NCBI RefSeq assembly: GCF_000485595.1
Contig: NW_014577076.1
Coordinates: forward strand, 806,727 to 870,726
DNA length: 64,000 bases
Source of the DNA: Priapulus caudatus
Taxonomy: Eukaryota
Direction: 5' to 3'
Positions within the stretch are counted from its first letter, which is position 1; every line of letters starts with the position of its first letter. Of this stretch, positions 22,950 through 36,270 are shown one piece after another. Both the position numbers and the translations under genes were made by a program. A model generated the notes under the pieces. The model was not told the DNA's origin. It was given only the letters and a program-made list of their open reading frames with translations, and did no database searches.

Positions 22950-24769
22950 CACGCACGTACGCAGTACACACACCCACGCTTAACTTCCCGCTGCTATAAG
23001 GCACAATTTGTTAAATAGAGTTATCGCTAATATCTGAAACCGAATCCGTAAAATCACGCGAAACGCGCGCCGTAAAGTAATTTTGCCTTAGATTAAACAG
23101 CGAGCAATTGCGTTTCGGCGATCGGCGGCGGCGGCGGCGGCGGCAGTAGGAGCGGTGGTGGAGGTGGCAATGGCGGCGGCGGCAGTAGAGGCGGTGGTGA
23201 AGGTGGCAGTGGCGGCGGCGGCGGCAGTAGGGGCAGTGGTGGAGGTGGCAGTGTCGGCGGTGGTGTAACTATAAGTTCATATAATTTTGTATATATACAT
23301 ATACGTGTGTGTGTGTGTGTCACATGGCAGCTACGACTAGCTTGTATAAAGTCACCGTTTGTTCGAAGACGACAGGTTGTATATAATAATATGCTATAGT
23401 AATCATGTTGTTGTTGTACAGCAAAAAAAACTGTGAGTTGTGGGTTGTGAGATATAACAAAAGCCACGTGCTTTCTGTGGAGAGGTATCGCTTGAGAGTT
23501 TAGGCAGCTGAGACACGAGCAGACGTGCAGCTGCTGTGGGCGCCATGCATGTTCCGGTCCTCGCTTAGGGTTTCCGGAAAATGTTTCATGTGTTATAAAC
23601 AAACGAACTTCTGTTGATCGCGACTATATGTTTACGAAGCTTATCTAGTTAAAGAGAACCGTTGGAAGAATGTTGGACAGAAACAGGGAAAGACATCCAG
23701 ACTCTAGCAGACGCACAGACAGACGAACAAAGAGACGGTCGTAGCACTTACGGATAAAATGACAAAGGGGAGGTTGATTAGCGGGCAGATAGACAGACGG
23801 ACGGACGGACAGACAGACAGAAGGTCGCGTGACGGACAGAAAGACACAGCAACAGCAGAGCAGCAAATTGAAACAAATTGTATGACTGAAAGAGATGTAA
23901 AGAGAATGAGTGAACGGCGTGAGGAGTAAAAAGTTGAGTAGCTATATATTATTCATTATCGTATAATGTGTTGTGTAACCTTGAGTTGCTAAACGTATAA
24001 TCTAGGACATTGGTAGTGTCCGCTGTGTCCACTCAAAGCTGTATGAATATATCGAATCATTTTACCAATTAGAATTTTATGACAAACGATGGTAGCTAAA
24101 CGAGCAGGGTTGTGTTAGGTGGGAGGTGTTGCTAGCCTCTCACCCCGTGTGATTATTCCTTCGTAGGACAGCCGGAAAATCGGGGTTTATGAGTTGTATA
24201 AATTTCGTCGCCGTGATCGAATCGATGTAAAGATTTTAATTACGATGATAATTTTACCGAGTTTTTATTAAATTATTTAATTAGAATGGATGGTATATAT
24301 GTTGAGATGAGATGAGAATCAGACTTCTAATTTGCGTACTATTATCGCTTGACTGTGTTTAGCCGAACCCTGTAAGTCGGCGCCTAGTTTTCGCGGTTGA
24401 GAACGTCTGTGTTTTAATACTACCTTTGCTTTAGCACGCGGATTTCAGTCAATCGTGGACGTTGGTCGCGCTTCAATTCGCTTAACGAGAGCCTAGCAAC
24501 TTTTACTAGCAGGAAAGTGCCATTAGCATGCGCGGTGATTGCCGTTGTTACAGGTATAACATGCGGTGCGCTCATTGTGTAAGCACATCGGGGCAGAAAA
24601 GAGAAAGTGGCAATCGCTCATTTAGCTAAACGGAAAACATCGGTGTAAATACGCGCGTACCGGAGCGCGCCCTGTGTGTTGCCAACGTGAGTAGACGGCC
24701 ATCATCGCCCCAACAGATTCCCTGTGTCCGTGTTATTGTCGTTACCACCACGCTGCCACCTCGACTGCT

Positions 24770-24883
24770 GTTACTGCTGCCATCGGTGGCTGCTTTTACT
24801 GCTGCTAGCGGTGGCTGCTGCTGCTGCTGCTGCTAGCGGTGGCTGCTGCTAGCGAAGGCTGCTGCTGCTGCTGCTGCTAGCGG

Positions 24884-24917
<34 letters not shown>

Positions 24918-25050
24918 AGCGGTGGCTGCTGCTGCTGCTGCTGCTAGCGGTGGCTGCTGCTGCTGCTGCTGCTAGCGGGTCATTGCTGCTGCTGCTGCTG
25001 CTGCTGCTGCTAGCGTGGTCTGCTGCTGCTGCTGCTGCTGCTGCTGCAGT
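24770..25050. repeat. Interrupted (CTG)n tract with GCTAGCGGTG spacers
   Basis: Direct inspection. Confidence 0.9.
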
Positions 25051-25511
25051 TGTCCTGTATCGGCCTCGGATGTGGAAGATGGCTGCTGCTATTGCGGAGC
25101 GACAGAGAGGTGCTGGGACGCAGGCGAGGTGGTAGGCGGGCTGGTAACTATAGCATACCATATCATCAGAATACGGTGCGCCGCTCCGTTAAGTCGCCAT
25201 TGAGTAGTGGGCAGGCGGTGAGTTGACTGGCTCGGCCAGTGGTCACCGCTTAGCCAAACGCTATGTTATCAGCTGTACATTTATTGTAACGTGAGGATTT
25301 ACTATTTGTTGGCAGACAGCTTGTGTACGCAGTCTTTATGCTTCAGGTGTGATTGTGAATATTACTGAAGAGAAATAGAAACGTTTCAAGTGGTATTTTC
25401 TCCGTGTTCTCTTATGATATTGGTCTCGATGATCTCTTGATTATCTAGCTGTTATTCGTAGTGTTATGTGTTTTCATTGTTGGCTCGCTTCAGTGTTTAA
25501 TTTTTCCGGAG

Positions 25512-25997
25512 TTATTGTATCCCCCGCGACGAAGTCGGCGGGGATACTATGGTTTCATGTCTCCCCAGCCGCCGCCGCCGCAGACAATTTCCCTTCCGCT
25601 CTCTAACTCGGCCCCTAATTGACCTAGCGCTACAAAACTTGGTATACTTACACATCTTGGGGAGAAGGTGAGCAGCGTACCAAAAACCAGGTCACTACGA
25701 CCTTTATTTGACCTTTACCTTGACCTTAATCATATTTCCTTTCCGCTCTATAATCGGCCCCTAATGACCTAACGCTACCAAACTTGGTATACTTACACAT
25801 CTTGGGGAGAAGGTGTGTCGCGTACCAAAACCAGGTCACTACGACCTTTATTTGACCTTTACCTTGACCTTGATCATATTTCCCTCCGCTCTATAACTCG
25901 GCCCCTAATTGACCTAGCGCGACCAAACTTCGTATACTTACACATCTTGGGGAGAACACGGGGGCAATGTAGTTGGCAACAACTGCCCTTTCTAGTT
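25512..25997 (+). mobile_element. Helentron/Helitron2-type non-autonomous element (HINE-like) with ~130-bp internal tandem repeats
   Basis: 5' TTATTGTATCCCCCG, subterminal IR CGGGGGCAAT, 3' hairpin GTAGTTG-GCAA-CAACTGC then CTAGTT. Confidence 0.72.
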
Positions 25998-26486
25998 ATA
26001 TATGCGTTGAACGTGATGCCAGTTCTCACGTGCGAATATCCCAGTAGCTGCATCTCTGACAAGTCATACAAGACAGCTGCCTGTGTCTTTTATTCTTTCC
26101 CATTCAGTTTAAATTGAATGTTTAATATTTTAATCAGCCACCTCTTTATCTACCCCCCCCCGCCAAATAAATTTCATCCATCCAAAAGTAAATGACATCC
26201 ACCCTATGATGGACCGTCCACGTAGGTTGAATAGCTCGCGTTAGACATTCCACGGTGTTCGACAATGACAGTTCGGCATCGTTCCGCGAATATCCCGGTT
26301 TCCATGACAACACGCTAAATGTTCCTCGAAGATATCCCGATGAATCGAAGATTTACAAAGGAAATCCATTTTCTATCAGTCACTGTACTAAGATAAAAAT
26401 TTACATAAATCAGTTACTTTGTTACTTGAGAAATAACAATGCCACCTGCCGACGCTACATTACAAGGCAATATACTTTCATCATTA

Positions 26487-27356
26487 TTTTAGCTCATCTT
26501 GACATAGTCAGATGGCAGCTTGTAGAGATCGCATGATCGTTTCCGTGCGTCCGTCCGTGGCGTCCGTCCCGGCGTCAACAGTTGGCAGGCAAATCTTAAC
26601 CGCTCGACGTACGGGTCACGATATTCGGGTCGTTGGGGGGGATTTGTCAAAACGAGTTGGGGATGTCGAAGCTGGGGGTCAAAGGTCAAAGTCAAGAGGT
26701 GTAAAAGAAGGGGGAACATTCACTCCTAAACTTAAGGTATATGGGAGGAATGCAGAATTGCGGCACAAATCTAAACGGCTCGACCTAGGCTCGTGATAGT
26801 CGGTGTATAGCATCATGGTAGGAAAAACCATCACTGTGGCGAAATTGGAGTCACAGGTCAAAGGTCAATGGGCACAGGGCAGATTTTAGACATTTTCTGA
26901 GGACATGGTCTGACGGAGCGATTGAAAAACTTTTTTGTTTCAGCGTGAGCTAGCATTTTATGGCTTTATTTGAAAAGGACCATGAAATGTGTCCCTTCTG
27001 CTGACATGCGAAGAGTAAGTGTCGGATAAACTTTTGACCCTCAAGAGAAGCGTTAACATGGATTTGTTGACTGTTAACAAGGAGTGAAACTGCTTTTGCT
27101 ATAGAGCCCCTCCCCCTTCCCCTCCCCCACCCCCTCCCCCCACCCCTCCCTTCCCCGACCCCTGCCCCCACCCCCTTCCCCACCCTCCCCCTACCTCCAT
27201 CTGCGATAGTGGGCGTGTCCTAACAATCGTCGTGTACGCAACTGCGTGTCTGCATATCTGCGCCTAACAAATGTGTCACTACGCACAACTGAAATTTTAC
27301 GTTTATAATCGTAGCAACAGACCTCAGATGAGCCCAGACGCTCTGCGGCTCTTGTT
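26487..27356 (+). mobile_element. Helentron-associated (HINE-like) element
   Basis: 5' TTTTAGCTCATCT, GTCC microsatellite, GGTCAAAGGTCA motifs, 3' AGATGAGC...CTTGTT; second copy at ~52110-52777 (-). Confidence 0.7.
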
Positions 27357-27702
27357 GTAGAACCAATTTCCGCGTAACACGCAAAGCAGGCAATGTATGT
27401 GTTTTGCAATGAAAGGTAAGCCTCGTGAATGCATGCTAAGCTGTCAGGGGAAGAGCGATCTACGCTAGCCTATAGAGCAAGAAGACAATAAGTTGAAATA
27501 CCGATCGGCCTCTTTCGTTGGAGAGATAACAAAACGTTTGTACACATCTGCCAAGTATATACTTTACTTACCAATGCCGAATTGCTGATTTGGGAGTGTA
27601 ATACCTGAATGGACTACTCGGTGCCACCACCGATCTAGATATAACCCTACGCCCTGATCTATAGATACATATAAGAATATTATAAATTGAGAACTGATAT
27701 AC

Positions 27703-27783
<81 letters not shown>

Positions 27784-28819
27784 TGAGGGCGGACGGACGG
27801 ACGGATCGTTAGATATAGATAGATAGATAGATAGATGGGTGGCTGGATCGATGGATATATATATATAGTTAGATAGATAAATAGACATTCACATACAGCT
27901 ACTAAGGAGGAGGGATGATGGGAGGGAACTGTCTTACCGCTGTTGTTTTTGTTTAAACTGTAATACCGACGGCTAATCTCCATTACTATTTACCTGCGAC
28001 CGCAATCCCAGATTTAAAACAAGCATGTAATACAAAAGACCGTGCCACTACTATATACCGTCGGATCCAGGGTACGTGATCTTAACTGAGCAGGGTCGGT
28101 ACCGAAATACCTTGGCGGGCATGTTGTACGTGTACGTACCTGCGAGCCATACACTCAAAAACTATAGTTATCCATGCTCTTGCTTGCCTGCGTTTGCTAG
28201 GGCTGGAATACACGGCTACAGGCTTTTCATCCGTTTCACTACGCCCAACTTTGTTCTTTTTGAAATATTAGTTCCGACCTTACGATGTTATATTACTTTG
28301 TTTGCGTACGTTGCAGTAAATAATCCCATACTAATCTCGTAATAAAATATCCCGTAGTAATTACTATGTAGGATCTTGCACATTTAACTGTTTTTCAAGA
28401 TCGGCTATTGTCATATAAGTTACGGCATACGTATGAACGAACGCATGGTTACGAGTCGTATGTATACGCGCATACATTGGGAATATTGTCTTTAAAATGT
28501 GTGAACAGGTATAAGAAAATGTTTATTTGGTGAATTGCTGGAGAAACTGCTGGTAAGAAGCATGTGACATCGTTTATCGTAATAACATCTAACAACCCCG
28601 ACCCTTCTTCACACAAGAATACACAATAAAAAATACACGAACTACCTAAAGAATATCAAAACTATAGGAAAACTTCGGGTAGATTTTCGTAGAATGCCAT
28701 TCGATGTCACATATCAACTCTATATACATCTAGTGTTATGCATGCAAAACATACTTATGCAAAAGACCCCTAAAACATGGTTCCGTTGAACGTGACAAAA
28801 GGTAAATCGATATCGGTGA

Positions 28820-29080
28820 TCAGCACATAGAAAATCGTCTGCTATCAATATTCATCCGCGTGATACCAATTTGACTGAGAGGCGTCCGCCGGTGACGCAT
28901 TCGAACGGGAAGGTCACACAGGTCATCCTTAGTCTCGTTCACTTCCGCCATGTCCAGTGTGACGTCAGCCAACATGTCCTCGTACTCGGCCGCTGTCTTT
29001 TGAAGGCGAAGTCGCTGAATTTCCTGCCGAATGTCGATGAGCTGCCTCGCGATGGTTTGATCCTGCATGCGCATCTCTAT
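28820..29080 (-). CDS. FAM167A: FAM167-like coding exon 2
   Basis: EMRMQDQTIARQL...MNIDSRRFSMC stop. Confidence 0.9.
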   Translation of the reverse strand: MEMRMQDQTIARQLIDIRQEIQRLRLQKTAAEYEDMLADVTLDMAEVNETKDDLCDLPVRMRHRRTPLSQIGITRMNIDSRRFSMC

Positions 29081-29813
29081 CTGTCAAGCACACGTTAAAG
29101 GCACGCAGCAATAACCTAGGCTGTGCTGTAGTTGGGGGGTGGTTGTAGCATGATCATGTCACATCACGTAAGGGCTGTGACATAATTTACATAATATTTC
29201 TCTTAAGCCCAGCCCTAATGCTAACCTTAACTCTATGCCTATGATTAGTTAGCGAGCGATAGAGAGAGAGAGACAGAGACAGAGACACCGTCAGAAAGAG
29301 ACAGATGGGGGGGGAGAGAAGCAGACAGTGAGAGCGAGAGAAAGAGAGAGGCAGAACAAGTGGACGGGAAGGAGAGCTAAAGAGAGAAAGGCGTACAAAA
29401 GAAAAAAGAAAGGAAGAGAGACATACATATAGATCATATTATATATGAACAAAATAAGTACATTCTATTCTCAGGGAGTCTCTTATCGTCATGTTCAATC
29501 TCATAATTTCGTACTTACTAGCTCATGTCGGAGCGTTGATAGAATCTGGTCCATGTGGATCTTTCCATCTGACGTCACGCCGTCGAACGACAGCGGATGT
29601 CGATGTGCAGCGCCACACACGCGAAAGTTCGCCGCCAACGCGCCCTTCACATCAAGGTTCAATCTGGTCACCATCACTTTTAGTTTATCGAAGTCGTTTG
29701 TCAGTTGTTGCTGTTCTTGGTGCTGTTGTTGTTGTTGCTGCTGATGCTGTTGCTGCTGTTTTTGTTGTTGCTGCTGCTCCTGTTGTTGTTGTTGTTGCTG
29801 CTGCTGCTGCTGT

Positions 29814-29846
<33 letters not shown>

Positions 29847-30454
29847 GATTGGTGTTGTTTTCGTTGTTGTTTTTGTTGTTGTTGTTCTTCTTCTTCTTCT
29901 TCTTCTTTTTGTTGCTGTTGTTGTTGATGATACTGCTGCTGTTGTTGTTCTTGATGTTGTTTTTGCTGTCGCTGCTGTTGCTGTTTTTGTTGTTGTTGAT
30001 GTTGCTGTTGTTGTTGTAGTTCTTGGTGTTCTTGTTGTTGCTGATGTTGTTGTTCTTGTTCTTGGTGTTGTTGCTGCTGCTGTTGTTGTTCGTGTTGTTC
30101 TTGCTGCTGCTGCTCCTGTTGATGTTGTTGCTCCTGCTGTTCGTCACGTTTATTGTTCGCTATTTCGTTTCTTATAGTGAGCCGTAGGTTGACTTTTTCC
30201 CGCTTCACTGGGAGCAGTCGGTCACGGGCCACCACCGACTGCTGTCCGTTAGCTTCCGTGCTAGCCGCCGCAGCGACATCAACACTCACTCTCACCCCGT
30301 CGCTTCCGCCACGGCGCGCGTGTGACGTCACGTCGTCGTCTGGCGCGCAGTGGTAGACGGTCGTGGTCTGTGACTTCGTCGGTGTTCGTCGTAGCTTCAC
30401 GCTGCTGATATCATTGGCTTTGCCGCGCACCATGGCGCGCTGAAGCCGCTCCAT
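28820..30454 (-). CDS. FAM167A: FAM167-like protein (~398 aa, polyQ-rich insert); join complement 30454-29519, 29080-28820
   Basis: LRHEL|IEMRMQDQTIARQL...PLSQIGITRMNIDSRRFSMC* closely resembles the FAM167 C-terminal domain; CTA|gtaagt donor and ttgacag acceptor in phase 0; first ATG follows an in-frame upstream TGA. Confidence 0.85.
29519..30454 (-). CDS. FAM167A: FAM167-like coding exon 1 (start codon uncertain)
   Basis: MERLQRAM...polyQ...DFDKLKVMVTRLNLD...LSTLRHEL; gtaagt donor. Confidence 0.75.
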
Positions 30455-30927
30455 GCTGCGGCGCCGACTGATGCCCACTTTACTACGTCAGTTCGTACGT
30501 CGACGAGCGATCTGTAGCCTGGTTGTCGGGAAACGCTGCTCACGCTGCAATATCGAAAAATACTCATGAGGTTTCTCATTGGCGAACACAGACAATGTGG
30601 GAGATCACGTGTTGGCTCGGTCGAGTCCCCCCCCCCATCCCCAGAGTACTCCAGCTTCTACCGGCACTACATTTGGGAAGGATAGCTTTGGCACTTCTAT
30701 TCTGACCGAGATCGGGGACGCGTGCTCTCAAAGAGGCGATGATGCTCATTACATGAACATGAGCCGGAGCAGGCGAGGGCGCCGCGCCAGCTCAGGCTAA
30801 GCTATACTAGCTTCAGTCGCTAATTCGAAGCAATGAAACTCAAGGTCCATCTCGTATGCATATTAGCGTGGCCCTCACTATTCGCAAGGATCATTACCAT
30901 GTGCGTTCGCTCATTCACATTAGGCGC

Positions 30928-31290
30928 ACTCACACGCGCGCGCACGCATACACTCACACGCGCGCGCACGCATACACAAACGCGCGCACGCATACATACA
31001 CGCACGCGCACGCATACACATACGCGCACACATACATACACGCACGCGCACGCATACACACGCGCGCGCACGCATACACGCACACGCACGCATACATACA
31101 CGCACGCGCACGCATACACACACGCGCGCGCACGCATACACTCACACGCGGCGCGCATACACACACGCGTGTCGCGACGCATGCAATATGTGTGTAACCC
31201 CCAATGCAATGCACGCACGACCTACACTTACGTTTGCAGTCCTGCCCATGCATGCACGCGCGCGCGCACGCACACACGCACACATGTACG
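30928..31290. repeat. (CA)/(CG) compound microsatellite
   Basis: Direct inspection. Confidence 0.85.
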
Positions 31291-33352
31291 TACGCAATTA
31301 CATGCACACGCATTAACATTTTGATGCCTCTCAGTGACGACTTTGACTCTTTCAACTGGACGAAATCGTGTTTATATGTAGCACGTATAGTTTACAGATC
31401 TTTGACTGATACATTTAAGGATCTGATGCTTGTGATTTCCTCCCTTTGATCGCTACTGAGAGCATTCGGTGCTCGTTCGCGTGCTGCTCTGTTCTGTGCG
31501 ACGACATTTGTACGTATTGAGCGAATATTCTACTTTTAGTACATAGTAGTCTCGCTTCTAGTTTTCTTAGACTAACTATGGAGGCTGACCTGGCTGTGGA
31601 CTGGCCTGCAGTGGCTGGCCTAGCAAGTATACGAATATCCGTGTTTGGGCGGGATGCCCCGCATGCAGCAACAAGAATTGAACAGAGCGCGTGGCTGTAA
31701 GCCATATCCACGCTGATGAACTGTTCTTTATACGGCTCTTTCTAAAAACGGAGATGCGCGGGGGTCAAGAGCGATGTAATGGAACCTGTATATCGACCAG
31801 CTTCCCCCGCCGCCCTCTAATCCCGCCGCTCGCTCTCAGCTCGCTTGCCCGTCTGGGTCGGTAGCTGCCGACCGGCGCCACCCGTCGTCTCTATCTGAGT
31901 GCTCGCCGTCACAGCTCATTTGCCTGCAGCGATGGGCTTCACTGGAGAGGCACTGCATGGGCCAGCGGGCACGGAGCACCCAGATCTGCTGATTATTTCA
32001 GGCTGTGGAACGCTGTGGGAAACGAGAGTTGGCACGAGAGTTGGCTCGGTCACTGAGTGGCCCGCACACAGCATGTACTATCCACTGGATGGAGAGTATG
32101 CTTCCACCGCATGGAAGCACATTGCGCGCGTGCGACTACACGACACTATAATAGGAAAATTACTTATTATAAACGCCGCTGCATTTTCTATGGAGCACGC
32201 AGTGATATTGATCCTGGTTTCCTATAGTTATCTGTTTCGCCAGAGTTCTAGTTTTCATATTGGGACGGTATCTATTTGCGCGTGTGGGCCACTTGGTGAC
32301 CGAGCCAACTCTCGTGTCAAGATCAGTAGATTAGCTGTCGTTTGTTGTAGTGATTGCTTTTAATTTGCACACGATCAGCCTATTTTCGTGATTGCATGAG
32401 TCACGTCAGTCACTCTAAATGTATGTCCATGCATTCGACAGCCGTTATGGAAACAGCATCGTGTAATAATGAGTTTCTGAATTGCTGTGCAACTGTCTAT
32501 CCTTGACTTCCCCTTTCCGTTTGGTAAAATAACTAATTCGTCATTAGCTCAGTGTGTGCGTCATCGTCATCCCATCTCGCATCGCGGGCGATTAAAGATG
32601 GCCCCTACAGATTGCTTCAGTGACTACGATGTCTTTTCATTGCTGCGCCGTTTCCGCTTATCAAGATAAAGGAAATTCGATACCATTTATCAATATTTGA
32701 TGTCATCAGCTTGAAAGAATCTGGCTATGGAAGCGGAACACAAAGGGGAGCCACCTATTTAAAAATAATGTATCCAAGAAGTGAATTACTCAAGTTGGAA
32801 TGGCTATCTGATTCCATAGTTATTGCTATAGACGAACGCACGGTGACCCGTACACACTCACCCACCCGATGCACGCACCGCACGCCTACTCGTGAACGCA
32901 GTCACAACGCACACGCGCGCACACACAACCATAAACAAGCTGGCGCGCGTGCACACACGCGCGCATGCGCATCGCTACGGCGTGATACGCTCGTACGCAT
33001 CAATAATGCTACCCCGAAAAACCTGCAACCGTTTATTATGAGCCCATGACAGCTCCTCGCTTGCCCTAGCCTATAATGACAGAGACGTAGAATAGGAACG
33101 TACGCGGGACGATATGTAGACCGGCACCATAGTATCCACCCCCGAAATTACTTGGATGCCGGTAAGTGTGTTAGCAAACAAGTAAATCCTGTTTATGTTG
33201 GGTTGACGACACGCATGCATTGGTGCGAAATATACTCAGTCGTTGCTATACTTATTACATATAGCAACATATCGTTACAACACGGTTCTCTCTCCAACGT
33301 CTTGCTTTGACACAGTTATCACACACACACGCGCGCGCCCGCACGCACACAC

Positions 33353-33436
<84 letters not shown>

Positions 33437-34544
33437 ACACACGCACACACACGCACACGCACACGCGCGCGCGTATATATATATATATACATATAACTAT
33501 GTGGACATATAGCCCGACATTCATTGTTACGCTGTTTTCTTCGATACAGCGTCGTTGTCACAGGATCGTACGCTCATCAAGGCTGTGACATTTTAATAGA
33601 GAATTTAATAGATTAATTGATTCTTTTATAATGCTCTAACCAGACACACACGTTGCAGACGACGCTATCGAAGATAACCGCGACGTTGGGTTTATAACGC
33701 GTAAAACACGTAGGGCAGTGGTGTACATATAAGAATAGCGGATCGACCATATAAACGACCCGACCGACAGAAAATTCAGACTTTTCATTTTATCCGTCAA
33801 GCGCTTATGTGTTAGGCAAAGATTGGTAAAAACGGCAGTATTATTAGTAAGTGTTGCGGACAGCAGCTTACCGTTGCAAATCGTGATTGGTAGGAGTGCG
33901 TGCGTGACACCGCCTACCTGCGAATCACGACTAACTCCAACATATGCCGATGGCCGTTTTAGGGCTTCTTTTCCGAAATTATGTTTGCGACACTTCTTCG
34001 AGTAACTTTGCCTTGATCGAATGTTTGAAGATGATCACCCGAGTCCCCCTGATAATGGGGTCGTCGCTTGCAACATACGCGAGTAGATAATGCACCGGAA
34101 TATCAGCCGTATAACAACATGTGACCAAAGAAGGGAAACACAAATGAGCCACGAAGTACTGCGGTCAGTTTCATGTCCAGTTAGAAATAGTCGCAGCATA
34201 TATGATGACACAGTACATACCTCGCTAATGGGCTGGTAGGTTACTGTTACACACATGCATGTCATTTTATTAATATAGCACTATATCAATATTTAATAAC
34301 ACAGATTGAGACAGCCCTGGCTGATTATGCATATAGAAGACTATATTTAAATTAATTTAATTTCGACGTTATGTAATTTTACGGCTGAGATGACGTGCAC
34401 CTGCTAACGTTGATAATCACCGCGTTGTGAATGGTTACCATCGCATGCATGGTGCTCACCGATATATACACCACATAGTTAGTTATTCAAGAGTTCATTT
34501 TTCATTTTACTTACTGGTCGTTCTCTATGGGAGGGGATGTGTCA

Positions 34545-35582
34545 AAATTCAAACGTTCAATTGATCGATTGATTGTTCAATTGAACAGTCATTTAATCAT
34601 TCAAACGTTCAATTGAGCAATTAAATAACCAATTGCCAAATTAAATCGTCGAATTGACGATTTGACGAATTGACGAATTGACAAATCAAAGGCACGAATA
34701 CTGAATAGGCGTATTGAATCATGGAATAGAGCAATTGCCGAGGCTTGTCTATCGAGCAATTGCCGAAGCTCGTCTATCGAGCAATTGCCGAANNNNNNNN
34801 NNCATTCAAACGTTCAGTTGATCGATTGGTTGTTCAATTGATCGATTGATTGTTCAATTGAACAGTCAATTTAATCATTCACATGTTTAATTGATCGATT
34901 GATTGTTCAATTGATCTATTGATTGCTCAATTGAACAGTCGTTTAATCCTTCAAACGTTCAATTGAGCAATTAAATAACGAATTGCCAAATTAAATCGCC
35001 GAATTGACGATTTGACGAATTGACGAATTGACAAATCAAAGGCACGAATACTGAATAGGCGTATTGAATCATGGAATAGAGCAATTGCCGATGCTCGTCT
35101 ATCGAGCAATTGCCGAGGCTCGTCTATCGCCAAATCAAACGTATACCTACTGCACATGCGCACCGAGGCATAACGGAAAGCGCGGTATAGCGCGTACGTT
35201 GCTAGGAACGCAATCGGCCAATCCCAGCTAAGTGCTTGTACCCGCGCGTACATGCGTGTACCCGCGTGTACGTGCGTGTACGTGCGTGTACCCGCGTGTA
35301 CGTGCGTGTACCCGCGTGTACGTGCGTGTATCTGCGTGTACGTGCGTGTACCCGCATGTATGTGCGTGTACGTGCGTGTACGTGCGTGTACCCGCGTGTA
35401 CGTGCGTGTATATCCGTGTACCCGCGTGTACGTGCGTGTATCTGCGTGTACGTGCGTGTACCTGCATTTGAATGATTAAATTGACTGTTCAATTGAACAA
35501 TCAATCGATCAATTGAACGTTTGAATGATTAAACGGCTGTTCAATTGGATTAACAATCAATCGATCAATTGAACGTTTGATT
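34545..35582. repeat. Repeat element with inverted CAATTGATCGATTG-rich arms around a 10-bp GTAC satellite; spans a scaffold gap
   Basis: 34547-34600 is inverted to 35467-35580; ~34600-34790 is repeated at ~34950-35130; N gap at 34793-34802. Confidence 0.6.
34793..34802. other. Assembly gap (10 N)
   Basis: N run. Confidence 1.
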
Positions 35583-36211
35583 TTGTTCTCAGCTAGTCCC
35601 CAGTAGTTAATATACCCCGTTTTGAAGCTAAATAACTCGATACACAGTGTGAAATTCAAATGTTTGTTGATCAGCCTAAGATTTTTCTATGACTAATAAC
35701 AGCCTGTTATTTGAATAAACCGATTCACATATTATTCGGTGATCTACCGCGTACGTTCTGATTTCTGTTCACATGTGATCGTTTGAGATTCTTCCGTGAT
35801 CAACGCTGTCGTTGAATCATGTTTAATCTCATTTCGACATCACCCGCTACTGGTGTTATTATTGGCTATTATATTCATGATAAATACGGGTACATTATAT
35901 ATAGTCAGGAGTAAATAATAGGTGTATTATTATGCACACTTAAGTTTAGGGTCGTTACCCGGCCGTAGGCTGAGCAAATTTCTAGGGAAGGGGTGGGCAA
36001 AATTTCATGACACAATTGTGTAATGATGAACGACGGGAGCAGCTCTTGATCGACGTTCATATAGTGTGGTAGGAGTGGGTCTGAGACACGGCTTTCATGG
36101 ATAAGGGACAAAAAACTTACGTTAGGGTTATTTACGATTATTAGCTAAGCTTGTATTTTAGCTGCCCCCCTTGCCCCCCCCCCCAACAGGCTACGGCCCT
36201 GAAGATATTAG

Positions 36212-36270
<59 letters not shown>

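Noticed and set aside
24770..25203. Poly-Ala/Leu/Cys ORFs
   Set aside because: Non-coding CTG tract between convergent genes, with no splice or homology support.
29491..30177. Poly-V/A and poly-L ORFs (+) and a poly-N ORF (-)
   Set aside because: Alternate-frame shadows of the FAM167 polyQ triplet tract.
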